Translations under genes and position numbers: made by a program
Notes under the pieces: model-generated
Told to the model about the DNA's origin: nothing
What the model saw: the letters and a program-made list of their open reading frames with translations, nothing else
Database searches by the model: none
Source of the DNA: Octopus sinensis
Lineage: Eukaryota
NCBI RefSeq assembly: GCF_006345805.1
Contig: NC_043001.1
Coordinates: forward strand, 89,466,001 to 89,530,000
Direction: 5' to 3'
Length of the DNA: 64,000 bases
Shown here: positions 1 through 10,575 of the stretch, piece after piece
Position numbering within the stretch: position 1 is the first letter of the stretch
How the letters are laid out: every line of letters starts with the position of its first letter

Positions 1-628
1 CCTGATACATTCTGTAAAATAGTTGGTGTTAGGAAGGGGATCCAGCCTTAGAAACCATGCAAAAAAAAAAAACATTTGAGCAAGATGTGGACCTCCAATC
101 CATTGAGTCTTGTTAAACCATCCTACCTATGCCAAAATGGGAATTTGAAGGAAAATAACTGCAATGAATAGGTGTTTTGTCTATGGGAAGATTTATGTTT
201 CATCTGTGAATTACCATAGAATCAGAGATAAGAAATGGCTCTGAAAGGTCCTTTGGACTTCATCTACAAAGATACTATCATTTCATTGCACAACTGCAAG
301 GCTTGTAGTGCAAGATGTTTTATAAAGGTGATGATGATAAGATGAAAGTGATAACGAAAGTAGTAATAATGATGATGACAAGTACTACATAATCCAGTGT
401 GACTTTTTGTTTCATTTTTTAAGATAGTATTGTTTGGATCAATGTGGCTGCTATTTCTAGTTTGGTTAATTTAAGATGTAGAGGCTACATCATGGGCTCA
501 AGTGATGTTGCTGTTATTGATAACAATGACAATGGTGGTAATGATAATGATGAAAGTTGTGTCATGAGAGAGAGAGAGAGACAGAGAGAGAGGGAGAGAG
601 AGAGAGCAGAGCAATCAATGTGGCTCAC

Positions 629-731
629 CTTCCGCTCCTTGTAGTTGATAATGAGGATGATGATGCAGCGACAGAAGGTACATATGAGCCAAAAACGGAG
701 TCTTCTTCCTTGTTCTTTCCCTGCTCTGATG
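629..731 (-). CDS. FBF1: FBF1 exon (ASEQGKNKEEDSVFGSYVPSVAASSSSLSTTRSG); gene continues left of the window
   Basis: actgccag acceptor, gtgagc donor. FGSYVPSV resembles the FBF1 FG.YQPTV motif. Confidence 0.7.
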
Positions 732-1623
732 CTGGCAGTAATAATGAGAGAACATTAATATAATAGGCCAGCCATAATGAGAAAACATTAATATTATTGC
801 AGTGTTGGAAGTTGTTTATAAGCCGTTTAAGAAAAACACAAAATCTGTTAGATTCACTTCAACATTTAATTTGTCAAAATATTTTCGTCGCTTTGAGACC
901 ACAACCTGTTCATTGAGAAAATTCTGTGATGCAGCATGGAATTTTCTCAGTGAACAGGTCGTGATCTCAAAGCGATGGTAATATTTTGACAAATTAAATT
1001 TAAATGTTGAAGTGAACCTAACGGATTTTGTGTTTTTCTTAAATGGCTTATAAACACCTTCCACACTGCAATTGTTTTCATTCCAGCACACGATCTCAGA
1101 TCAGGTCACTTGCTATGCAAGTACATCTCTGTAATTAATATTATTATTATTTTAATATTGTTAAGGCAGCAAAACTAGCAGTCGTTTCCATTGTGTATAA
1201 GTGACTTAGATCACTGTATTCCCCTGAACAGGACACCAGTCTGTCACAGGGTTATTCATTTACAGTTGAGTGGACTGGAAACAAAGTGTTTTACACTAGT
1301 ACATAACACACCACCCAGTCCAGGAATCAAAACCATGATCTTGTTTGCAATCCTGAATGCAACACCCTAACCACTGGGCTATGTGCTTTCACCAAGATGT
1401 AAGGAGGTGAAACAAATACTGCAAAGTATTTTGATCAACATTCTAATGAATTTGAACAACAACAATACCCCACCCCTATCTCACTATCCTCTTATCAGTA
1501 AGGTTGATAAGAAATCTAATCAATAGCAATTAACTGATAATAAAGCATTGATTACTGTTGTTCAAGCTAGCAGAATAAAAGATAATTAATTATACACAAA
1601 CTTACAATTAGTAATATGTTTAC

Positions 1624-1818
1624 CCTTCAAAAGATCATCAACCAGGGATTTTTTGTCGTTAGAACCGCCAAAAGTTTCAGTTGGGGAAGATCTTCCAAAA
1701 AGATAATCAAGATTAGATTTTGAAGATTGAGTATTTTCTTGTGGACTGTCATTTAGACCAAGCTCATCAAATATATCATCTTCATTGTTAAATGTCACAG
1801 CCTTTTTGGTAGCAGGTC
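1624..1818 (-). CDS. FBF1: FBF1 exon (GPATKKAVTFNNEDDIFDELGL...DDLLK)
   Basis: ttttctag acceptor, gtaaac donor, phase 1 to 1. The 'VTF..DDI...LG' motif is FBF1-like. Confidence 0.75.
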
Positions 1819-2143
1819 CTAGAAAAGTTTGAAAAAACAAAAAAATGTTTACTGGATATTTCAATTATTGTTGCATGAACTGAATTAGTTGAATACTAAC
1901 CAAATACTTGTTGGTATAAAATACACTCGAAAATTAGTAACCCTTGTAGTGTATTCCCTCGATTTTAGGGGCTGAGCTCCAGCTTTTGTTGTTAATACTG
2001 TTGATCCAACTGGATCAGTTGTCAAATTTATTAATTTTCAGAGATTGTTTGAGAAGTTGTGGATTCTACTGTACTATGGTACACAAAGACAGTTAAAATT
2101 TCAGTACATCAGATGTAATCTACTTAAGTATATTTCTAAATAT

Positions 2144-3893
2144 TTAAGCCAAAAGTACAAAACTAAAGTCACTCATCAGAACAAAGTCATCTGCATATAG
2201 TATCTCCATTAATAGTACCTCTCTTGCACTCTCCGTCACCACATCAACCACTATTGCACACAATAATGGTGACAACACAGATCCCGGATGCACACCAACC
2301 TTCACCGCAAACTCCTCCGACTGCTCTGATCCAATTGTCACTCTTGTCTTTACCCCCTCATCTATTGTCCCCCTGCCTGGCATAAAACGAAATTGCATCT
2401 CATCCACATCCACCCCTTTCTGAATTCTCTTCTCCAACACCCTTTCCACTATCTTCATTGCATGCTCCAATAACTTCACTCCTCTATATGCCCCACAACT
2501 CATCACATCCCCCTTCCTCTTGAAGATCGGTATCACCACACTTAGTGCCCAATCATCTGGCATTTCTCTTCCATTAAGCATGCCCTGTCAGAACTCCATC
2601 ATCACAACAATCCCTATCTCTCCACTTGCAGTTATCATTTCCACACTTACTTCTGATGGACCAGCTGCCTATCCTGTTTTCATTTTCTTCATTGCCTCCA
2701 CTACTTCTTCCTGACTAACCCTCTCCACTGGCACCCTTTACCACAGTAACTTCCATCCTCTGATCCCATTCATACTCCTCATTCATAAATCCCTACATAT
2801 GCTCCTTCCAAACTCTTCCCCTGTCCTTCTCACTAAAATTCAACCTTCCATCATTCCCCCTCACACATATTCCTCCCTCAACATCCTTCCATCATTTTTC
2901 ATTGATTTAATAAACCTAAACACCCTATCTGGGTTCTCATTAAGCCTGCACAACCTCTCCTAAGCCTCCTTCCTCATAGATCTCACAACCACCCTCTTTG
3001 CATGATTTTCTCAGTCCTATAATTACATAAAGCTTTGTGTGCCTCCTTTTTCCTCGCTATCGCATCCCTCACCTCCTCATTCCACCACCACATATTTCTT
3101 TGATCTCTCCTACCCTTCGTCCTTCCACACATTTCATCACATACCTTTAGTACCCCTTCTTTAAAAGACTTCCACAAAGCCGGTGCATCAATGCTTACCA
3201 ACTCCCCAACTCTCTCCTCAAACCGTGCTCTTGTTTCTTCTTCCTTCAGTTTCCACACCTTTCCCCTCTCAACCATTCCCTTTCTCACACGTTTTTTAAC
3301 TTTCCTTTTATTCAAGTCAGCAACCACCAACCTGTGCTCCAACTCCCTTGGTATTGCCTTCATATCTCTCAGATATTTTCTTTTTTGTTTGCCAACCGAC
3401 ACAAAATCAATCTCTATCTCATCCCCTACTGTGCTGAAAGTCACCTTCCTTTTCTGTTTTCCTAAACCATGTATTTGCCACACACAACTCTTTCTCATCA
3501 CAAAACTCCAACAGGATCCTTCCTTCCATATTTCTCTCCCCAATTCCATTTTCCCCATGCACACTCTCAAAGCCCTGGATCCATTTCCCAACATGTCCAT
3601 TAAAATCACCCATACCCCAAACCAATTCATCTACCTTTTATAAGTCCCACTCATTCGCCATTTCATCAAAGAACTGCTCTTTCTCAATGATCCCTCTTCC
3701 ATTTTCTGTGGACCATACCCACAAATCACCCTTACCACTTCTTCCTGAAATGCTAATGCTACTGTTGTCACTCTGTCACTCTTTCTCCTTACCTCCACCA
3801 TCTTCTCACAGATTTCTTCCTTCACTAAAACTCCCACACCCCCAGTTCCCCTGCTATTTCCTGACCACAATGCAGTTTATATTTCTTGCTTAG
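2144..3893 (-). mobile_element. Decayed RTE-clade LINE (APE endonuclease plus partial RT), frameshifted, in an FBF1 intron
   Basis: GGVGVLV, GDFNGHVG, VANTWF, IDFV, HRLVVADL (APE). IPIFKRKGDV..CG.YRGVKLLEH, QF.FMPGRGT, GVHPGSVLSPLL, LYADD (RT). Confidence 0.9.
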
Positions 3894-4341
3894 GGTTCTA
3901 CTAGCTGTTATAATAAAATAGCGAGATCATTACCTCGCATGGAAACAGGTGTGGGCTGCCCCCAGGAAGGGTATCCTGGACATAGAAACCTCTGTCCCAA
4001 CAGGCGCGTCTGTGTGGTTAAGAAGTTTTCTTCCCACATAGTTTCTGGTTCAGTTCCACTATTTGGCACAATGGGTGAGTGTCTTCTACTATAGCCTAGG
4101 GCTGACCAAAGCCTTGTGAGTAGATTTGGTAGATGGAAGCCCTTTGTGTATATATATATATAAAGTGTCATGCATGAGCACTGCCTTTTCTGCTCAAAAA
4201 GATGAAAAAAGAAATATGCACATAAATGCAGATATTCAAACTCACACATGCAAGCGCCTGAACACAAACATGAAAGACAATAGAGAAAACTCCATCATTT
4301 TCCCCTTAGATTGTTAGAGACTTAAAATATATTTACTTTAC

Positions 4342-4548
4342 CTTTAGTTTCTTTCACTTTCGATATACTGGGAGTATTTGGAGATGGGTTAAGTGTAGTT
4401 GTCTTTGTTGGAGGTGGAGGTACATCTGTAGAACCGGGTTTTGTTGTTGTATCTGAGGCTAATTTAGTAGTAATCTCTTTCTTGTCCATAGATTGAAGAA
4501 GGCTGTCATCATCAGATAACAACCCAGTCAAGTCTATGTCGTCGTTAA
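4342..4548 (-). CDS. FBF1: FBF1 exon ((F)NDDIDLTGLLSDDDS...KETK)
   Basis: attatttccag acceptor, gtaaag donor, phase 1 to 1. Lies in ORF 4322-4600. Confidence 0.7.
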
Positions 4549-4741
4549 CTGGAAATAATTGATCAATCAGGTTTGTTAATTTGTCATTCAGTGAAGCCAT
4601 TCTTGAAGTAAACCAAAAACAAATGCAACAAACTGATCAAGGGATAATTTCAAACCAAGGTTTCAAAATGTTCAACAACAAAAGATAACATGTGTACACA
4701 CACATAAATATATATATATATATCTACATATACACACAAAT

Positions 4742-4934
4742 TATGAGGAGATGCTGAAAAGTTCCTGGTTTTAAGGGTATTGTGAACGGTCTGGTTGGAG
4801 GCTCAACCTTCCAACTTCTTTTACAGAGCTTAGAAAAACTGAAGGACCACTACAATAAGTATGTGAGTCTGAGAGGGGAATATGTTGAATAAAATCATAA
4901 TTAACTGATCCTCCTATATTTTCTTTTACCCAAA
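4742..4934 (+). mobile_element. Internally deleted mariner element
   Basis: TIR-like ends (tgctgaaaagttcctgg / ccagaaacttttcagta). Residual transposase C-terminus LEKLKDHYNKYVSLRGEYVE*. Confidence 0.7.
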
Positions 4935-4936
4935 GC

Positions 4937-5162
4937 CAGAAACTTTTCAGTACCGACATGCATGCATGCATGCATGCATGCATGCATGCATGTATGTATG
5001 TATGTATGTATGTATGTATGTATGTATGTATGTATGTATGTATGTATGTATGATGTATGTATGTATGTATGTATGTAGTATGTATGTATGTATGCATGCA
5101 TGTATGTATGTATGTATGTATGTATGTATGTATGTATGTATGTATGTATGTATGTATATATA
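4937..5162. repeat. (CATG)n/(TATG)n microsatellite
   Basis: Directly visible. It generates the spurious ORFs at 4771-5334. Confidence 0.98.
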
Positions 5163-5199
5163 TAGTGGTTGTATGTATAGCAATAACACTGTCCCAGAC

Positions 5200-5500
5200 G
5201 TGGGGTTAGTACTGCAATGTGGGTCAACTCATGCTTTGTTGAAGATCACCATCCCCATTTTCCTGATTTGGCCCCATCTGACAATGATATGTTCCCAACA
5301 TGAAAAAACACTTAGCTGGGAACCATTATCATAGTGATAATGACATCATATCTGTTGTTGATAACTTTTTTGAGCAACAGGATGAAAGCTTATTCACCAA
5401 TGTGATCCAAGGAAGTGTGTGGACCACAAAGAGATAATGCTGAAAAATAAATTTCATTTGGTCATATTCTATGAGAGTATCTTGGCCTGCCTATGAGCTT
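5200..5500 (+). mobile_element. Mariner transposase C-terminal remnant
   Basis: Conceptual translation across frameshifts gives HPHFPDLAPSD...MKKHLAGNHYHSDNDIISVVDNFFEQQDE..., matching the YSPDLAPSD motif. Confidence 0.7.
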
Positions 5501-5887
5501 TTCATATATTTATTTTCTTTTATTGAGTTGATCTTTCAGCATAAATGATTAGTAACATTATGCTTAGTAAATACACTGGACTTGTTGAGCCTGAATGTCA
5601 GTGAAAATAGTGCCTGTCTAATTAGGCAATAAACATATAAGTTTGCTCAATGAATTAAAAATCATTTACTTCTTCATGGACGTGATGAGACTGAGACATC
5701 TGGTGATTTGCTGTACTTGAGAAGACATGACAAGTGATATCATGGTTGTGGCCAGTGATAGTGTAATTGAAGGAATCTAATTTGTGGTGTTAGGAAAAAA
5801 ACTTATACCATTTTCATATACACACTCACACGTGTACACATGTGCAAAAAAATGATAAAAAAGAAAACAACTTCGAAAGTGATTTAC

Positions 5888-6092
5888 ATTTTGATTCTTG
5901 ATTCTTCAATGTTGAAGCTGTTTTTGGTGGTTCATCATTTGTCTGTTGTGTTGCTTCTTGATCTTGGCTCCCATCTCTGCTAGGAGGATGGTGGGACTCT
6001 GAAGTACCTGCTGAACTTGATTTCTGTGGTGCCTTGCTGTCAGAGTCTTTCTTCCGCCCACCAAATAGATCTGCATCCATGTCATCCAAATC
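5888..6092 (-). CDS. FBF1: FBF1 exon (DLDDMDADLFGGRKK...ESK)
   Basis: tattgtag acceptor, gtaaat donor. Matches the FBF1 motif DLDGMDADILGLKK. Confidence 0.85.
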
Positions 6093-7263
6093 CTACAATA
6101 AATAAATAACCATCTTGAAAACAACTTTGTTTTATCTTATTACAAAGACCTAGAATCTGTAATGTTCAGGGTTAGATAGCTACAAGGCTAAGAGACTTGA
6201 TACTTTCGTTTGATACTAACTGTTTGTATAATGGATTGGAAAACTTTGTGGTTAAGGAGTTGAATAGCTCTAAAGCTAAGGCATTTGAGGGGTTGGGCAA
6301 CTGTACTATTTCAGTTTCATGGTTGAGTGTTGTTAGGTGGCTATCCATCCCTAAAACTGTTCCAATAATTCATGAAAATGAGCAAATTTGTGATGAAAAA
6401 GATAGACATAAAAAAATTTATGCATTTGTCTCCATCATTTTCCAAAAGTTTAACCAAAACATACTAAGGAAAATAATGTACTTAAGTTAAAAATAACATC
6501 TGTTCTTAGATTTTAACTTCTTACCATTTGGTTTGGCAGTCTAACATTGTAACCTTCAAGCTATATGACCAGACTGATGTAATAGTAATTTTCCTTCTAA
6601 ATTTCCAAGAATGAGTGTTAAATGTTTCACTCATCAAAAGCTATCACAACCATAGTAAAGATAAGATGGTAACAGTTATATGTATCAAAGATTCAATATT
6701 TTGATTTATTACCCCTGTATCAAACCTCTACTTTAGCAGAATTGACTGAGGCTACTCTATAACACTACCATAAACCTTCAGACAAAATGGTGACAGTTAT
6801 ATTACAAATTTGGGTATGCGGGTAATTTGAAAATATCTTATGGAGTGATGACTGTCCCATGCATAGTAACAGGCACCCATTCAGCCACCCTGCCAAGGAT
6901 ATGTCGAAGTCATGGGACTGCAGCATAGTGGATTGTGAAGTGGTAGTGGAAAAGCTCAATTGAGCCAATGGTGCTTCTTACATTGATGCTGAGCGAAGAA
7001 ATCCTAGAAGATTAATGGTCAGGATCATCAAGCTCTATCAAGAGCTTGAAGCTCTGCAAAGCATTCATGGTTGTGTAATCACTTTGACCCAAGCTTCCAA
7101 TTCAAATTCATAATGGAATTGGATGGTGACAGACAGTCATAGGAATTGGCAAAAGCAGCGAAAAAAATATAACGGCTTAAATCATACTTCAATTGAAACT
7201 TTTGTGTCATACTGAGGCTACTCAATAACAATACTATCAAAAGGGTTAACAAGGTGGACTTAC

Positions 7264-7363
7264 AGCCAATGACTTAGCCAATTGGTCAGCATCAACATCT
7301 GATAAGCTTAAGTCAGATTCTTCTTCAGCTACTGCAGCCATGTTTGCATAGAAATCTTCACTG
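7264..7363 (-). CDS. FBF1: FBF1 exon (SEDFYANMAAVAEEESDLSLSDVDADQLAKSLA)
   Basis: catttag acceptor, gtaagt donor. Aligns by eye to human FBF1 (TMAGLEEADAEVSGISEADPQALLQAM). Confidence 0.85.
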
Positions 7364-7388
7364 CTAAATGAAAAGGAATTGAAAATAT

Positions 7389-7801
7389 TGTAACAGGATC
7401 TGGTATCGGTATCACTGAAAGGGTGTCGATCCGATCCCGTCACATACAATTTAGTAAGACATAACAGACGAAGTCAGGTTATCGGTGAAAGACAGCAGTT
7501 TGTTTATTAATTGCGATGGTGTACATATATCTGATGGGAAAACGACAGCCTTCTGATGTACAGCTTCTTGTTCGTTGGTTGAAGTGGTTCGATGTCGTTC
7601 GCGGCTAAGTCGGTAAGGTTATCAGAGTCTACCAAATGCACGTCTGTTCACGTTGGCTGACGGCCAGAGAGAATGAATCGAGTTTGGCGGGCCTTAGGGA
7701 TCGTTTCCCGCACATGCGCATGGGGAAGAATTCCGGTGGCCACCCGGAAGTAGTCCCATTCTGCGCATGCGCGCTGAACCCTACACAGTAGCATCACTAC
7801 A
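7389..7801 (-). mobile_element. Solo LTR (Gypsy/Ty3-like), 413 bp, 4-bp TSD ATAT
   Basis: Termini TGTA...TACA, ATAT on both sides, CpG-rich against an AT-rich background, AATAAA on - strand at 7503-7508. Confidence 0.75.
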
Positions 7802-8232
7802 ATATAATGCACTGGTGGGAGTAGAAACACTAGACTGTTATAATGAAGGGAAATAACTAGAAAGAGATTAAAAAAGTAGGAAAAAAAGTACAGTGTATGC
7901 ATGGAGGGAAGCATTCTAATTAAGTGTTTATTGTAATGAGTAATATTTTTTGGCTGAATGTCAAAGGTATGTAATGTCAAAAACATTAACTCTAAAAGTA
8001 AGAGGGAATAGTAAATTTATATAAAGTTTAGTCTGAATAAGAGGTGCAGAATCTATAGCTCTTGAGATCCTTCTGGACAGCTGAAGTTGATGCAACTTGT
8101 GTTTAGACTGATTTTTGCAGAGAGTGTATGCAGGAAGGAGCTTCCAGAGGAGACTTAAGCTATAGGGAAGAACTTTTGTAGACAAAGAAATAAAAGATAA
8201 GATTAAGGTATGAAAGGAAAATATTTACGTAC

Positions 8233-8261
8233 CTGATACTTGGCTTAGGTTTATCATTGTC
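8233..8261 (-). CDS. FBF1: FBF1 29-nt exon (DNDKPKPSI)
   Basis: ttttgatag|GAC...ATC AG|gtacgt. Phase 0 in and phase 2 out match both neighbouring exons. Confidence 0.6.
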
Positions 8262-9506
8262 CTATCAAAATATAACATAATTAGAAATAGGGTGATATCT
8301 TGGGTGGGTGACAATAGAAGCTTAGTCAACAACATTAAACAGTACAGAACTTGATTGAGATAACTGGAAACACCACCACCAACTTAAAACTCTAAATTGG
8401 TGTCAATCTTTTCTATGTTCTTTGATGGGTCAAGATGATTCAGAAAAAGATTATCGTCTTGTAATCATTACCCAATACACAATGAATAATATGACCAAAA
8501 ATGGTAAAGCACCAACATTAAATTACATGTATAAGTAAAATGATGCTGTCATACAGAGCTGTCTAATTTCATGATTGCTGAACAAGGCGATTATTATACC
8601 ATTAATGGTGATGGTGGAGATGACAACAACGATAATGAAGATACTGATTATTGCTAACAAGAAAATTGCAAAATCAAAAAATCAAATGGAAATTGTAGTT
8701 GTGATACCTGTGCTGGTGGCATGTAAAAAGCACCATCTGAACGTGGCTGATGCCAGCGCCGCCTTGACTGGCTTCCGTAAAAAGCACCAACCGATCGTGG
8801 CCGTAGCCAGCCTCCCCTGGTATCTGTGCCGGTGGCACATAAAAAGCACCCACTACACGCACGGAGTGGTTGGCGTTAGGATGGGCATCCAGCTGTAGAA
8901 ACATTGCCAGATCAGATTGGAGCCTGGTGCAGCCTCCTGGCTTCCCAGACCCCACGGAAGTTAAACGATAATGATGATGATAAAGAAAATTGTTTTAACT
9001 CTGTCACTGTCACAAGTGACTAGACAGCATGTGACAGTAAAAAAAAGTAACAAACATTCATTTAAGCCACTCAGTGTTGCTCAGTGCATCTGGATAATGT
9101 TCCTTGTCTTTATTAAGGAAATGGACAAACGATACTCAGTTTATAACAAGTAATAAGTTTAAATGTTGTTACAGGCATTGTGTGGTAAACTTTTAGACAT
9201 GACACATTAGTAGACTTGTTTTGATATACCAAACTGTAAAGTGCTACAGCCAACGTTATAGCAGAATGATATGTGTAACTATGAAAAAAAATACATTCAA
9301 AAGTCTCAAATTTAAAACTATTTATTTTATGTTCATATCATGCTGAGCCACATGAATTGTCTAGCTGTATTTGCATTGATACTAAAAGCATGGCCCTGCA
9401 TCAAAAGATTACTAGTCATACTACTAACTAGACAGTAACGACCTCTCAGTGTATCTAATGTACAACAGGGAAATAAGAACAAATTAATGTTATTGATGTT
9501 ACTTAC

Positions 9507-9532
9507 CAAAGGTCTTCTAGCAGTCTTAGGTC
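9507..9532 (-). CDS. FBF1: FBF1 26-nt exon ((R)PKTARRPL)
   Basis: attttcag|GA CCT AAG ACT GCT AGA AGA CCT TTG|gtaagt. Phase-compatible. Resembles the basic N-terminus of vertebrate FBF1 (MAPKTKK). Confidence 0.65.
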
Positions 9533-10565
9533 CTGAAAATCAAGAATAATAATAATAATGAAGAGGATGATAATGATGGCGATAATTTCTAACTTCAACA
9601 CAAGACAACAAATTTAAGGGATGGGTCTAGTCAATTTAATGTACTCAAGTATATTCATCAGCATCGGTTTTAATGTCTATGCTTCCATGCTTGCATGGGT
9701 CAGAAAAAATTTTGTTGTGGCTGATTTTCTATGGCTGGATGCCCTTGTCACCAAACCCTTACCTGTTTCCAGGCAAGGTAGTGCTTCCCCCATAACTGTA
9801 CATGTTTTCACAGAAGATTGGAAATAAAGGATGCACTTGTATGAGGGGGACACTCATCTACACCTATCATGCAATATCAAGACATGAAGAATCAAACATA
9901 CTTACACTATATATATATATATATAATGGACTTCTTTCAGTTTCTGTCTATCAAATCCACCCACAAGGCTTTGGTCAATTAGTTAACTTGGAGTTATAGT
10001 ATAAGACATTTGTCTAAGATGCTTTGCAGTGGAATTGAACCTGAAAATGTGGTTGCTAAGTGAACTCCTTAATCACACATCCATGCCAGCACTTTATAAG
10101 GTACTTATATAAGCATCTTATCACTACTTAATTTATGGATCACAGAGAGATGAAAATCAGAATTGATCCCAGAAGGATCTGAACACAATATAAAAGGGAA
10201 TGTAACTAAATGCATGGTCTCTACATCACTGAAGTTGTTGACTATATACCATCTGTATCTTATCCCATTTAATACAGATCTAATTTTATCATTTTGCATC
10301 TGGCATGTCCCACTTTACTAACTTAGTATTAAACACTTTTTTTTATTCTGTACATCTTGAGAGTTATCTCTCTCTGGAACTCTCTTAAGATGTATTTTCT
10401 CACTCACAGTTAATCCCTAATAATTCAACTTGAACATAAATCATACTAATTGCACTTAATTATCACCAACACCTAGTCTCAAATGGCCTGAAATGACTGT
10501 AGATGCTATCCTTCCTCATTGAGTTGAAAATAAAATTTTAAAAATATATAAAAATATTTACTTAC

Positions 10566-10575
10566 GTGTGACCAT
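10566..10575 (-). CDS. FBF1: FBF1 putative first coding exon (25-nt exon 10566-10590; ATG at 10575, MVT+C)
   Basis: - strand tttcag|CCACAAGTCAGCAGG ATG GTC ACA C|gtaagt. Good Kozak context (A-3, G+4). Phase 1 joins the next exon. Confidence 0.6.

Noticed and set aside
215-263. AG/GT-bounded 49-nt segment as the next FBF1 exon
   Set aside because: In the required phase 2 it reads AGA TGA (stop).
4549-4602. MASLNDKLTNLIDQ... as a start codon or longer FBF1 exon
   Set aside because: The upstream AG at 4602 would create an in-frame TAA with the phase-1 previous exon. The acceptor at 4549 fits.
4771-5334. Four 80-122 aa ORFs (HTYI/MYVC repeats)
   Set aside because: They are translations of the (TATG)n/(CATG)n microsatellite.
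8575-8955. Overlapping 107/93 aa ORFs
   Set aside because: They run through a SINE-like repeat and trinucleotide-rich sequence, with no recognisable domain or splice support.
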